This document shows, piece after piece, positions 34,301 through 49,300 of a stretch of DNA of 64,000 bases. The notes beneath the pieces were generated by a model. That model saw nothing but the letters and a program-made list of their open reading frames with translations, searched no databases and was not told the DNA's origin. A program made the position numbers and the translations under genes. Where the stretch lies: contig NC_086106.1 of the NCBI RefSeq assembly GCF_963921235.1, positions 16,678,001-16,742,000 on the forward strand, read 5' to 3'. Every line of letters starts with the position of its first letter. The stretch's first letter is position 1. The DNA comes from Mobula hypostoma (Eukaryota).

Positions 34301-37300
34301 AGGAAGCACGACCTCTGACCCTTGGCCCCTGGTGGGGAGCGGGACCTCTGACCCGGGCGTGCTGCGGGAGTTTCGGGGAGCGTGACCTCTGACCCATGCT
34401 CGCGGAGGGGTCGGCTCGCACTGGGAGAGGGTCAGAGACTACCCCCTCGCCCCCCCCAGTTCTCATTGGTGTATTATCGTCACGTGTACCGAGATACAGT
34501 GAGAAGCCTGTCTTGCGTATCGTTCACACTGATCAGATCGTTACACAGTGCACTGTGAAAACAGTAACAGAATGCAGAGTAAAGTGTCACAGTCACAGAA
34601 AAAGAGTGCAGTGCAGGCAAAGGATAAGGTGCAAGGCCATAAAGAGGAAGATTATGAAGTCATGGGGCCATCCTTTCGTACAAGAGGAACTTTAATGGCC
34701 TATAACAGCGGGGTGGAAACTGTCCTTTGCCTGGTGGTACGAGCTTTCAGGCTTCTGTATCTGCTGCCTGATGGGACAGGGGAGAGGAGAGGAGGTGTGG
34801 GGTTGATGTGGTGGAAATTGTGCTGAGTGCTTTATCAGGGTAGCTGGAAGTGTAGTCAGAGTCCGTGGAGGGGAGGCTGGTTCAGTGACGTCTACAACTC
34901 TGCGGTTTCGTGCGGTCACGGACACAGCAGTTGCCGGACCAGGCCGGGATGCATCCCGATCATTCTGTTGGGTATTGATTAAATTTGGAGGGGGTTGACG
35001 GGGACTGGCGAAGTTCTTCAACCTCCTGAGCGTGCGAGGCGCCGAATTCTCTGGGCCGTGGTGTGCTAGTGGCCTGGGCCAGGACAGCCTGCCGGCGAAG
35101 TCCTGGCCTGGGGACCCGCTCGGTGTCAGCACCATGAGTGAGGGCAGGCGGACTGCGCCTGTGGGAAGTGTGGCTGGCCGAAGACCCTGTCTGACTGGGT
35201 CGGGGACCCGGGGCTGGGCGCGCAGGAAGCTCAGGGAAGGCGGGGGCATTGCAGGCTGGGGTTTCACGCTGGGGGCCATTGCATGACCACCGGGGGAGGT
35301 CAAAGAGCAGGACGGAGGGAGCAGAGTTCCCTCTGGAGAGTAGTTCACCATCTTGGCTACTGTCTGGGATGGGATAGTGGGCTGTGAGTAACTGCTCAGG
35401 AGAAGGCCGTAAGATGTACGAGGAGAATTGGGCCTGTACAGTCTGCTCTATCATTCAATAATAGTGGATATTTTAAAAACACCATTCTCCTACCTTCTCC
35501 CCGTAGCCCTTAACCTCCTCACCAATCAACCCTTCCTTAATGTCCTGGTTTCCACAGCCGTCTTCGTGTCGATGGATTCCGCAGATTCACCACTGTATGG
35601 CTGAAGAAATTCCTCCTCATCTCTGTTCTAAAGGGACGTCCCTTCATTCTGAGGCTGTGCCCTCGGATCAGGGACCCTCCCGATGGAGACATATTCTCCC
35701 CGTCCACTCTACCCAGGCCTTTCAGTATCTGGGAGGTTTCGCTGAGATCCCCCTCCACTGAGTTCAGGCCCAGAGATATCAAATGCCCTTCAGTGGCACC
35801 CACACCACCTCTGAGTCCCAGTGGGGAGGAAGGCAGACAGGACCCTATGACAGGGGCCTGAAAGTTGAGAGCGGGGTCGGTCGGTAACTTTAAATCCCTT
35901 GGAGTTAACGTATCGTGTTGGCGCGTGGCCAAGTGGTTAAGGTGTTCGTCTAGTGATCTGAAGGTCGTGAGTACGAGCCCCAGCTGAGGCAACCTGTTGT
36001 GTCTTTGAGCAAGGCACTTAACCACACATCGCTCTGCGATGACACTGGTGCCAAGCTGTATGGGTCCTAATGCCCTTCCCTTGGACAACATTGGTGTTGT
36101 GGAGAGGGGAGACTTGCAGCATGGTCAACTGCCGGTCTTCCAAACAACCTTGCCCAGGCCTGCGCCCTGGAAGCCTTCCAAGGCGCAAATCCATGGTGTC
36201 ACGAGACTAACAGATGCCTATAAAAAAACATATCAGAGAAGGTGTCCTGGGGCCAGCATGTAAGTATCAATAGACAATAGACAATAGGTGCAGGAGTAGG
36301 CCATTCAGCCCTTCGAGCCAGCACCACCATTCACTGTGATCATGGCTGATCATCCACAATCAGTCCCCCGTTCCTGCTTTCTCTCCATATCCCTTCATCA
36401 AAAGCCCCCAGTGTACAGGCAATGCCCTCTTTGTCAGATGGTGCAAGCTGAATCATCTGCAGCTCAACATTGGTAAGACAAAGGAGATGGTGGTGGACTT
36501 TAGGAAGACCAAGCCTGCACTGCTGGGTGTCTGACCAGGGTTTTGTGGAGCTGCATCATTGCCCCAGGGCTCTCGAATTCATTCCCCCGGCCAACACGTG
36601 ATAAGCCTTCTTAACCACCCTGTCAGCCTGCGCGGCAACTTTGAGGGAATCTATGGACTTGGACCCTACAATCCCTCTGTTTCTCCACGCTCCCGTTCTC
36701 TGCCTTCAAACCCGACCTTCCGAAGTAAATCATTTCACACTCTTCACGGGATAGGGGTGGAGGAAAGAGGGCTGGGGAGGTTGCATTCCTGGTTCAGGAG
36801 AACGTCACAGCCCAGGTCCAAGAAGAAACTGCTGAGGGATCAGCCAGTGGTGGGACTGAGAAATAAGGTGGGGACGGTCACCTCGTCGGGATTGGGTGGT
36901 GGAGACTGGGATCGCACCTGAGCTGGAGAGAGTGCAGAGAAGATTTACAAGGATGTTGCCAGGTTGGCCAGACTAGGTCTTTACTCCCTTGACGTAGGAG
37001 AGTGAGAGATGACATGATAGGGAATGTGTTCTGTGATGAGAGGTGTAGGTAAGGTGGACAGTGACAAGTCTTTTCCCCAGGGTAGGGGAGTCCAAAATGA
37101 GTGGGCATAGATATAGGGTGAGAGGGGAAAGATTTAAAAGGGACCCAGAGTGAGTTACTTACTGCCTGTTACACTGCTGGCATTTAGGGCAGCAATGGAG
37201 GTCCTCCATCTCTGTCTGTCCTCGGCCATATTATGCCCCAGGTGTGGCCCAGGGTCCTCATTTCTGCCTCTACGGTATGGTACCAAGATGTCTTTGGTCT

Positions 37301-40300
37301 CCTGTATTTCCTCTGTCCCTCAGGGAATCCAGTGAAGTACTGCCCTGATGATGAAGTTGGCCTGTCTTCTCATCTCTGTGCCTAATCCATCTTTAATGTT
37401 TCTTTACGATGATTGTGGCCATGTCCTCTCGGTGACACTGAGGGAGTAGGGCGTGGTTGGAGATCTTTCTTGGCCAGAAAAGATGGAGGATCTTCCGGAG
37501 GCTCGTGGTGTGGAATGACGACAGCTTGACAAGGTCATTCTCCATCACGCTCCAGCATTCTGACCCGTACAAGAGTGTGGAGAGAACACAGCTCTGGTAC
37601 CACTTCACCTTGGTGTGGACTCGGTTAATCGTTGATCTGAAGGCTCTTCTTGCACCCAGAGGGTGGTCCGTATGTGGAACAAGCCACCAGAGGAAGTGGC
37701 CGAGACAGGTACATTAACATCATTTAAAAGGTACAGGGACGGGAGAGGTTCAGAGGAATACGGACCCAACACAGGCAGAGCAGACTGGCTTAGGTACGGT
37801 TTGGGTTAGCAGGGACCAATTGGGCCGAAGGGCCTGTTTGCCTGCTGTGTCACTCTGTGACTCCCTGGGGCCGAGTCCAGTCCTCAGTCCCCGCCCTGCT
37901 CTGATCCCCTCTCCCCTGACAGGACTTCCCTTTCTCTCTTCCAGACAACCATCCACGAGCTCTTCCATGCATTAGGGTTCTCCAAGGACCTGTTCAACAG
38001 CTGGTTGGAGTGCTCACTGACCACTGACCGTAGGTAGAACCCCCGTCCTGGGTACAGATGGGGTAGGGGGAGAGGGCAGGGAGGGGGCTGCGGAGGTGGG
38101 AGGGTCATGGGGAAAGGAATGTGTCCTGGAAATGGGAAGGAAGGGTGTCACAGAGATGGGGGCGGGGATGTAGAAGAGGGAGGGCCTCACTAATATGGTG
38201 AGGGGCGTGGGGAGGGAGGGCATCATGGAAACAGGGAGGAAGAGGGTCACAGAGTTGGGGAGTGGCATAGAGGAGGGAGGGTGTCACTGAGATGGGGCAA
38301 AGGTGAAGGGGAAGGAGGGAGGAGGACACAGAGATGGCAAGGGGCTTAGGGGAGGGAGGTCTTCAAAACTGGGGGGTGGTGTAGGGGAGGAAGAGGGTCA
38401 CAGAAATGGAGCAAGGGTGTAGGGGAGGGAGGGGTTCATGGAGTCAGGGAAAGATGTAAGGGTAGGAGGGAGGCGAGGGGTGTAGGGGAGGGAGGAGGTC
38501 ATGGAGATGAGGACCAGTCTAGGGGAGGGAGGAGGTCACAGAATTGGGGAGAGAGGTCATGGAGACAAGGCGGGTGTAGAAACCGATGGTGTGACTGGGG
38601 ACAAGCCCTCTCGGGGTGTACCTGATGCAGTCCACCTGCTTCCCACAGCCTCCCCCCACTGCTCTCCGCGCGGCTCTGTCACCAACACGGACCGCGGTAC
38701 TGTCAGGATCTTCACCCCGAACGTCGTGGCTCAGATGCGGCGGCATTTCCACACGTCCTCGTCGCTCGGCGGACCCCTCGAGAACTGGGTGAGTCTTACA
38801 GACATCTGCCCTTCAGAAAAGATGTGAACGAAATTGAAAGAGTGTGGAGAAAAATTACAAAGATGCTGCCAGGTCTGAAGGGAAGGAAAGATTGAATAGG
38901 GTAGGACTTTATTCCTTGGAACAGAGAAGATCGAGAGGAGATTTGATTATGAGCAGTATCGATAAGGTCAATGCAAGTACGAGTTTTCCACTGAGATTGA
39001 GTGAGAGTTCAACTAGAGGTCATGGATTAAAGGTGAAGAGTGAAGAGTTTAAGGGGAAGATGATGGGGAAACTTCTTCACTCAGAGGGCGGAATGAGTTG
39101 GCCAGTGCAAGTGGTGCAGGCAAGCTTGATGTCGACCTTTAAGAAAAGATTGGATAGGTACACGGGTGGGAGGGTACGGTCTGGGTACATGGGTGGGAGG
39201 GTACGGTCCGGGTACATGGGTGGTGGGAGGGTACGGTCTGGGTACATGGGTGGGAGGGTACGGTCCGGGTACATGGGGGGTGGGAGGGTACGGTCCGGGT
39301 ACATGGGTGGGAGGGTACGGTCCGGGTACATGGGGGGGGTGGGAGGGTACAGTCCGAGTACATGGGGGGTGGGAGGGTACGGTCCGGGGACATGTCAATG
39401 GGACTAGGCTGCTTAATGGTTCAGCTCGGATAAGATGGGCCAAAGGGTCTGTTTCTGTGTTGTGTTCTATGACTCTGTGACTCCCTTTTCATCTCCTTCC
39501 TTCTCACTCTCTCCCTCCCTCTGCTTCTTATCCCTCTCTCCTCATTCCTACTGTCACCTCCCTTCCCTCCTCGTTACCCCATCTCCTCCCTCCTTCCTGC
39601 TCTCTCCATCTTTCTCCCTTTCTCTTCCATTATCTCTCTCTTCCTCCCGATCCCTCCTCCCCACTCGTTCTCCCTCATCACTTTCTCTGTCCCTTGTTCG
39701 CCCTCCCTCTGTGTCTCACACTTCCCCTCCCCAACCCCCCCCCCCACCACCGGTATACCACAGATTGTGACACTCCCCATTTCCTGCTCCAGTTACAGGC
39801 AGGGTTGCCCTCCTCCCACTGGGAATCCCGCGTTCTGCAGGGATCCATCATGACGGCGGCACTGGGCGCAGCACGGCACACCTTCATCGACCCAGTCACG
39901 CTGGGAGCCATGGCTGACACGGGATGGTACCGGGTCCTATATCAAGGCAGTCAGCCCCTGGTCTGGGGCCAAGGTGAGTGAGAGCAGAGGGGCTGAGAGA
40001 CAGAAAGAGAGTGTGTGAGGGGGTTTGGCAGATTTCATCCAGGCATGGGGAGAGGGAACTGTGCACGGTGTTACCAGTGTGGGCCTGACCCAGGGAATAA
40101 GGAGATAGGAACTGCCAGTGATACAGAGGTGGGAACTGTGTGTGGTGCTCCTGGTTTGGGTCTGACCCAAGGGAACTGTGCATGTGGGAAAAGTTCAGAA
40201 TCAGAATCAGGTTTATTATCCCCGGCATCTGACGTGAAATTTGTTAAATTAGCAGCAGCAATACATAATCTAGAAGACAGAAAACATAAGTAAATTAATT

Positions 40301-43300
40301 ACCATATTCAATAGATTAAAAATGTGCAAAAATCAGAAATACTGTATATTAAAAAAAAGTGAGGTAGTGTCCAAGGATTCAGTGTCCGTTTAGGAATCGG
40401 ATGGCAGAGGGGAAGAAGCTGTTCCTGAATCGCTGAGTGTGTGCCTTCAGGCTTCTGTACCTCCTGCCTGATGGTAACAGTGAGAAAAGGGCATGCCCTG
40501 GGTGCTGGAGGTCCTTAATAATGGACACTGCCTTTCTCAGACGCCATTCCCTGAAGATGTCCTGGGTACTTTGTAGGCTAGTGCCCAAGATGGAGCCGAC
40601 TAGATTTACAACCTTCTGCAGCTTCTTCCGGTCCTGTGCAGTAGCCCCTCCATACCAGACAGTGATGCAGCCTGTCAGAATGCTCTCCACAGTACATCTA
40701 TAGAAGTTTCTGAGTGTATTTGTTGAAATACCAAATCTCTTCAAACTCCTCATGAAGTATAGCTGCTATCTTGCCTTCTTTATAACTGCATCAATATGTT
40801 GGGGTCAGGTTAGATCCTCAGAGATCTTGACACCCAGGAAATTGAAGCTGCTCACTCTCTCCACTTCTGATCCCTCTATGAGGATTGGTATGTGTTTATC
40901 TTGTAATTAACACTTCCTTGAATCCCTTGTATTCCTATTCAATCCAACAGGTCGGGGTGAGAATTTTGGTCTCACTGAAACTTGTCACGAAAATTCCTCA
41001 GAATATTTCTGTACCGGCAGGTATGGATGTGCCGGGAGTGAATGGGAAGGGGTGGGTCCCATTGGGAGTGTGGATAGTGGGAGTGAATGGGAAGAGGTGG
41101 GTCCCATTGGGAGTGTGGACGGTGGGAGTGAATGGGAAGGGGTGGGTCCCATTGGGAGTGTGGACGGTGGGAGTGAATGGGAAGGGGTGGGTCCCATTGG
41201 GAGTGTGGACGGTGGGAGTGAATGGGAAGGGGTGGGTCCCATTGGGAGTGTGGACGGTGGGAGTGAATGGGAAGGGGTGGGTCCCATTGGGAGTGTGGAC
41301 GGTGGGAGTGAATGGGAAGGGGTGGGTCCCATTGGGAGTGTGGATAGTGGGAGTGAATGGGAAGGGGGGGGTCCCATTGGGAGTGTGGACGGTGGGAGTG
41401 AATGGGAAGGGGTGAGTCCCATTGGAAGTGTGGACAGTGGGTGTGAATGGGAAGGGGTGGGTCCCATTGGGAGTGTGGATAGTGGGAGTGAATGGGAAGG
41501 GGTGGGTCCCATTGGGAGTTGGACGGTGGGAGTGAATGGGAAGGGGTGGGTCCCATTGGGAGTGTGGACAGTGGGAGTGAATGGGAAGGGGTGGGTCCCA
41601 TTGGGAGTGTGGACAGTGGGAGTGAATGGGAAGGGGTGGGTCCCATTGGGAGTGTGGACGGTGGGAGTGAATGGGAAGGGGTGGGTCCCATTGGAGTGGG
41701 TCCATTGGGAGTGTGGACGGTGGGAGTGAATGGGAAGGGGTGGGTCCCATTGGGAGTGTGGACGGTGGGAGTGAATGGGAAGGGGTGGGTCCCATTGGGA
41801 GTGTGGACAGTGGGAGTGAATGGGAAGGGGTGGGTCCCATTGGGAGTGTGGACGGTGGGAGTGAATGGGAAGGGGTGGGTCCCATTGGGAGTGTGGACGG
41901 TGGGAGTGAATGGGAAGGGGTGGGTCCCATTGGGAGTGTGGACGGTGGGAGGGAATGGGAAGGGGTGGGTCCCATTGTGAGTGTGGACGGTGGGAGTGAA
42001 TGGGAAGGGGTGGGTCCCATTGGGAGTGTGGACAGTGGGAGTGAATGGGAAGGGGTGGGTCCCATTGGGAGTGTGGACGGTGGGAGGTGGGTCCCATTGG
42101 GAGTGTGGACGGTGGGAGTGAATGGGAAGGGGTGGGTCCCATTGGGAGTGTGGACGGTGGGAGTGAATGGGAAGGGGTGGGTCCCATTGGGAGTGTGGAC
42201 GGTGGGAGGTGGGTCCCATTGGGAGTGTGGACAGTGGGAGTGAATGGGAAGGGGTGGGTCCCATTGGGAGTGTGGACAGTGGGAGTGAATGGAAAGGGAT
42301 GGGGTCCATTGGGAGTGTGGATAGTGGGAGTGAATGGGAAGGGATGGGGTCCATTAGGAGTGTGGACGGTGGGAGTGAATGGGAAGGGATGGGGTCCATT
42401 GGGAGTGTGGACGGTGGGAGTGAATGGGAAGGGGTGGGTCCCATTGGGAGTGTGGACGGTGGGAGTGAATGGGAAGGGGTGGGTCCCATTGGGAGTGTGG
42501 ACAGTGGGAGTGAATGGGAAGGGGTGGGTCCCATTGGGAGTGTGGACGGTGGGAGGTGGGTCCCATTGGGAGTGTGGACGGTGGGAGTGAATGGGAAGGG
42601 GTGGGTCCCATTGGGAGTGTGGATAGTGGGAGTGAATGGGAAGGGGTGGGTCCCATTGGGAGTGTGGATAGTGGGAGTGAATGGGAAGGGGTGGGTCCCA
42701 TTGGGAGTGTGGATAGTGGGAGTGAATGGGAAGGGGTGGGGTCCCATTGGGAGTGTGGATAGTGGGAGTGAATGGGAAGGGGTGGGTCCCATTGGGAGTG
42801 TGGACGGTGGGAGTGAATGGGAAGGGGTGGGTCCCATTGGGAGTGTGGATAGTGGGAGTGAATGGGAAGGGATGGGGTCCATTGGGAATGTGGACAGTGG
42901 GAGTGAATGGGAAGGGGTGGGTCCCATTGGGAGTGTGGACGGTGGGAGTGAATGGGAAGGGGTGGGTCCCATTGGGAGTGTGGACGGTGGGAGTGAATGG
43001 GAAGGGGTGGGTCCCATTGGGAGTGTGGACAGTGGGAGTGAATGGGAAGGGGTGGGTCCCATTGGGAGTGTGGACGGTGGGAGGTGGGTCCCATTGGGAG
43101 TGTGGACGGTGGGAGTGAATGGGAAGGGGTGGGTCCCATTGGGAGTGTGGACGGTGGGAGTGAATGGGAAGGGGTGGGTCCCATTGGGAGTGTGGACAGT
43201 GGGAGTGAATGGGAAGGGGTGGGTCCCATTGGGAGTGTGGACGGTGGGAGGTGGGTCCCATTGGGAGTGTGGACAGTGGGAGTGAATGGGAAGGGGTGGG

Positions 43301-46300
43301 TCCCATTGGGAGTGTGGACAGTGGGAGTGAATGGAAAGGGATGGGGTCCATTGGGAGTGTGGATAGTGGGAGTGAATGGGAAGGGATGGGGTCCATTAGG
43401 AGTGTGGACGGTGGGAGTGAATGGGGTCCATTGGGAGTGTGGACGGTGGGAGTGAATGGGAAGGGGTGGGTCCCATTGGGAGTGTGGACGGTGGGAGGTG
43501 GGTCCCATTGGGAGTGTGGACGGTGGGAGTGAATGGGAAGGGGTGGGTCCCATTGGGAGTGTGGATAGTGGGAGTGAATGGGAAGGGGTGGGGTTCCATT
43601 GGGAGTGTGGATAGTGGGAGTGAATGGGAAGGGGTGGGTCCCATTGGGAGTGTGGATAGTGGGAGTGAATGGGAAGAGGTGGGTCCCATTGGGAGTGTGG
43701 ATACTGGGAGTGAATGGGAAGGGGTGGGTCCCATTGGGAGTGTGGATAGTGGGAGTGAATGGGAAGGGGTGGGTCCCATTGGGAGTGTGGATAGTGGGAG
43801 TGAATGGGAAGGGGTGGGGTCCCATTGGGAGTGTGGATAGTGGGAGTGAATGGGAAGGGGTGGGTCCCATTGGGAGTGTGGATAGTGGGAGTGAATGGGA
43901 AGAGGTGGGTCCCATTGGGAGTGTGGATAGTGGGAGTGAATGGGAAGGGATGGGGTCCATTGGGAATGTGGACAGTGGGAGTGAATGGGAAGGGGTGAGG
44001 TCCATTGGGAGTGTGGACGGTGGGAGTGAATGGGAAAGGGTGGGGTCCCATTGGGAGTGTGGACAGTAGGAGTGAATAGGAGGGGTCCATTGGGAGTGTA
44101 AGGGAAAGGTGGGATCCATTGGGAGTGTAATTGTTTGGTGTGTTGGGGTCTATTGGGAGTGTAATTGGTGGGTGTGTTGGGGTCCATTGGGAATGTAATT
44201 GGTGGGTGGGTTGAGGAAGCGGTGGGGTCCATTGGGAGTGTAATTGGTGGATGTGTTGGGGTCCAGTGGGAGTGTAATTGGTGGGTGTGTCGGGGTCCAT
44301 TGGGAGTGTAATTGGTGGGTGTGTTGGGATCCATTGGGAGTGTAATTGGTGGGTGGGTTGGGGTCCATTGGGAGTGTAATTGGTGGGTGTGTTGGGGTCC
44401 ATTGGGAATGTAATTGGTGGGTGGGTTAGGGAAGGGGTGGGGTCCATTGGGAGTGTAATTGGTGGGTGTGTCAGGGTCCATTGGGAGTGTAATTGGTGGG
44501 TGTGTTGGGGTCCATTGGGAGTGTAATTGGTGGGTGTGTAGGGGAATGGGTGAGGTCCATTGGGAGTGTAATTAGTGGGTGTGTTGGGGTCCACTGGGAG
44601 TGTAATTGGTTGGTGTGTAGGGGAAGGGGTGGGAAAGCAAATGGTGTCAGGGAACGGGGAGGAAGGCGGTCCTGTCATGTCCAGAGTGCAGATGGTGGGA
44701 GTAAAGGGGAAGCTTTGGGGTCCTGTGTGTGAATGACACTGTACAACATCTACCTTAGCGGACTGGGCTGCCACTACCTGCACTTGGACAAGGCCTCCTG
44801 TCTCACGGACGACCTCCTCGATGGGTGTCGGATCTACAAACCTCTGGCCAACAGGGTAGGGAGTTAACGACTGAATGGGGACCAGTGCTCCTCTCCTTCC
44901 CTCCCCCCATCACTCCCACTCAATCCCTCCTTCCCTTCTCCATCACTCCCTCCCTCTTCACCGCACCTCCCACAGCAATCTCCTTCCCTCTCTCTCACTG
45001 CTGAAGGTCATGTTGAATGAGCTGAATTTGAGAATACAGCTATAGAAAACCCTGTTCAGGCCACACCTTCAGTTCTAGTTGCCCTTCACAGGAAGTGTGT
45101 TGGGGGGGCTTTGGAGAGGGTCATCAAATGCTGCCTGGAGTGGAGGGCATGAGCTATGAAGAGAGGCTGGACGAGGTTGGATTGATTCCTATTGAGCGGG
45201 AGAAGCTGAGGGGAAATGTGAATAGACTGCTGACCTCTGCAGAGTGGAAATACCGAATACCAGAGGGCATCCATTTAAGCTGAGGGGGGTAAGTGTCAAG
45301 GTGATGAGTGGGGCAAGTGTTTACACAGCGAGTAGTGGTACCTGGCGAGTACTACCTGGTGGTGGTAGAGGCAGATACGATAGAGGCTGTTAGACAGACA
45401 CATGCATGAACAGAGAAAGGAGGGAGACAGATAATGACAGAAGGGATTATTTTAATGAGCTGATACTACACTGTGGGCTAAAAGGCCACTTCCTGCACTT
45501 TTATTATGTATTTATTGAGCTTTTGTGCAGAAACGGCCCTTTGAAGAATTTCAGAGTTGTGCTCTCTGCTGTCCACCAGTCCCCCGATTGAGCCCTAGCC
45601 TAATCAAGGGACAATTTACAATGACCAATTAACCTGCTAACTGGTACATCTTTGAATGCAGGTGGTCACGGGGAGAACATACAGGCAACGGTGGGAATTG
45701 AACCTGGGTCGCTGGTACTGTACAGTGTTGTGCTAACCACTACACTACCGTGCTGTCCCATAGTCTAGTGATTATCAGAGGCACACTTACCCAGGGGACC
45801 AATGTCACGAAAAATGTGCATTAATATTGCAAACACTAATTAACATAAATTAACACAGTGACAAAATAAATGTAACTATAGCGGGGGGGTGGGAGGAGGA
45901 GGAGGAGGAGGAGGAGGGAGGGAGAGGGGGAGAGGGAGAGAGGGAGAGAGGGAGATGCAGTTGGAGGTAGTGTCAGGGATTTTCAGGTTTATTCATTAGC
46001 CCGATGAGGGAGGAGAAGTGTACCTCCTGCCTCGTGGATGCAATGAACGGAGGGAGCGTCCCGGAAGCTGAGCGTCCTCAGCGATGGATGCTGCCTCCTC
46101 GAGGCTCCGTCTTCTTCCTTCCTTCTCAGTCCTGAAGAAAGGTCTCAGCCCGAAACGTCGACAGTTTAGTCACCTCCATGACCTGCTGAGTTTGTACAGC
46201 ATTTTGCGTGTGTTGCTCGGAGTTTTGAGGATGTCCTCGATGGCGGGGAGGGCCGTGCCCCTCGATGGAGTTGGCCAAGTCTGCAGCACTCTGTGGCCTC

Positions 46301-49300
46301 TTGTGACCCTCTGCATTGTAGCCTGCATGCCAGGCAGTGATGCAGCCAGACACAACGCATGAGACACTCCTGCAGAAATTTGCTGGAGTCTTTGGTGACA
46401 TACCGTACCACGTCTCCTCAAATTCCTAATGAGGTATGCTTTCTTCATGATTATCATCAATGTATCGAGCTCCTGGACAGATCCTCTGAGACGCTGATAC
46501 CCAGGAACTGGAAGCTGCTCACCCCTCCCGACTCCCCCTAACTGAAGTCCACAATCAGCTCCTCGATCTAACTTTCTGAGTAGTTGTGACACCGCTCATC
46601 CAGTCAACCCATCTCACTCCTGATTGGCTCCTCATTGCCATCCCCACAGCAACACCCCTAACAGTGCTCCTTCTCTTCCTCCTCACACTCCCCGTGCAGT
46701 TGTGCGAGAAGAGGGGGAGGAGAAAACAGGGAGTGAGGGGGGAGAGGGAGGTTTGGAGGGGGGAAGACGGGGCAGCAGCGGGAGCTGACGTGGTCTCTCT
46801 CCCTTTGCAGAGTGAGTGCTGGAAGGCGGAGAATGCGGGCAGTGAGGGGGAGGTCAATGCCGGTGAGATCTATGGTGTCGACAGCCGCTGCTTCTTGTCC
46901 AATCTCAGCCGAGCGGTGAGTGTCTGGGGCCTCCCCTACCCTCCCAAACCCCTGCCCACCTCTGAGCAGGAACCGGGGCTATGAACTGACCCGGTTTCCA
47001 CCGGATTGGATGGAGAAGATCAAAGGAAGGGTGAGAGTGGGGGTGGGGGAGGTAGAGGGGTGCGGGGGGAGGTTAGGGAGGAACCCTCACACTCAGAGAA
47101 TTGTTTGACAGAGGAGAAAGGGACGATGGGGTGGGGATGTGACCCTGGAGACTGACCCCCGCCTCTGCCCCACTGCAGGGACCCCAAGGACAAGAGGCAG
47201 TCGGACGTTGCTACCTGCACCGGTGTAGCGGGTTGTGGGGCCTGGAGGTCAGAGTTCAGGGGTCAGACTGGCTCCCCTGTCGCCCTGGAGACAGTGTCCA
47301 GGTAGGTAAGGGGCGGAAAGAGAGAAAGAGGGTGGGAGTGAAGAAGGTCTGGGGGGGGGGAGAGAACCAGGAGAGGGATGAGGGTGGGGATGGAGGGTAG
47401 GAAGGGGTGAAGGGAAACAAGAGGAGACAAGGGAGGGGTTAAGGGCAGGGGAGGGCGGAAGAGAATGGGGATAAAAGGCAGCAGAGTAGAAGAGGTGGTG
47501 GGGGAGGGAATGACAGGGGAGAACACGAGGGGTGGTTCAGGGAGGGTGGAAGTAAGGGGAACAGATTGGGGGGGCTGAAAGGGAGGTGGAAAGAGGAAAG
47601 GAGGGGGTGGGGAGAACAGGAGGGGGTGAAGGAGATGGCAGGAGAGGTGTTAAGGGGAGTGAAGACAGTATGAAGTTAAGGGTGGAGAACTGGAGGGAGA
47701 ATGCGAGGGGACTGAAGGTGGAGGAATGAAGGCGAGTGGAGGAGAAGGTGTAACATTCTGTCAGAGTCAGGGAACGGAGAAGAGGAAGTCTAACACCCCT
47801 TCCCTCCTTTCCGTTTCAGGTCCCAGGGTACCTTGGCCTTGTCTCCTGCCCCGCAGTGCTGTGTCGGGAGGGGGCTTGGCACCAGGACCCTGCCGGCCCA
47901 CAGACGACCCCTGACCTGTCCCCAGCCTCCCCCACCAGGTCCCACCTGCCCGACGGGGCCACCCGCCAGAGGTGCCGAGGGCGGGGGCAGGGGTTTTGGC
48001 TGGCCGTCCGCCTGCAGTTCTCCGACAGGCCACCCTGCCCCCCACTCCAGTCTGGGGAGGTGGGTGGCGAGGGGGAGGAGGTCGCTCAGGCAGCCGGGAT
48101 CCCCAGGTAACAGAGGAGTGGGACGGGGGTTCGTAGAGAAAGCTGGGATCCCCAGGTGGGGGGTGGGGTGGGAGTGGAGTTGGGAGAGAGGGTGAGTGAC
48201 AGGGACAGAGGTAAGTCACAGGTTTACACAGTGGGAAACAGGCCCTTCGGCCCAACTGCTTCATGCTGACCTGAATCCCCATCCAAGCCAGTCCCACCTT
48301 CATGAATTTGATTCAGACCATCGCCACAGGCTCAGCAATTTATTCCTTTGCTTCCTGTGGTAAATACAGTTGTAAGGAAAAGTTGTGAACCCTTTGAAAT
48401 TACATGGTTTTCTGCATTATTTACTCATAAAATGTGGTCTGATCTTCATCTAAGACACAATAATAGACTAACACAATCTGCCTAAACTAATAACACGCAA
48501 ACAATTGTACTTCTTGTCAATACTGAGTACACCATTTAAACAATCACAGTCTCGATTCAAAAAAAGCATGTGAACCTCTGGGGTAATGCCTTCTACAAAA
48601 GCTATTAGGAGTGAGGTGATCCAAGCAGTGAGATGAGATTGGAGGTGTGGGTTGTAGAGGTACCCTGTCTATAAATAAACACACAAAGTCAGGTTACTGA
48701 CAGAACCTGCTCTTCTCAAGAAAGATCTGTTTACGTGCAGCATGCCTCGATGAGAATAACTTTCAGAGGACCTTGGAAGAAGAATTGTAGAGATGTATGA
48801 AGCTGGAAAAGGTTACAAAAGCATTTCTGAAGCCCTGAGTGTTCATCAGTCCACAGCAAGAGAAATGGTCTGCAAATGGAGGCAATTCAGTACTGTTGCT
48901 ACTCTCCCTCGGAGTGGGCATCCTGCAAAGATCACACCAAGAGCACAACGTGCAATGCTGAAGGAGCTTAAAAAGAATCTAAAAGTAACAGCAAAAGACC
49001 TGCAGAAATCTCTAGAACTTGCTAAAGTCTCTGTTCATGTGTCCACTCTAAGAAAACCACTGAACGAGAATGGTGTTCATGGAAGCACACCACCCAGGAA
49101 ACCAGTGCATTTCAACAACTGCTGCACGTGTCAAGTCTGAAAAGGGCCACCTGGATGTTCTGGGACAATGTTCTGTGGGCAGATGAGACAAAAGCTGAAC
49201 TTTCTGGTAGAAATGCACACCGCTATGTTTGGAGGAAAAAGCAGGCTACACACTAACACCTCATCCCAACTGTGAAGCCTGGTGGAAGGAGCATCACCAG

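Noticed and set aside
40972-44783. Very long ORFs (696, 809, 1044 aa) on both strands
   Set aside because: Translations of the 45-bp minisatellite; open in several frames with no protein-like complexity
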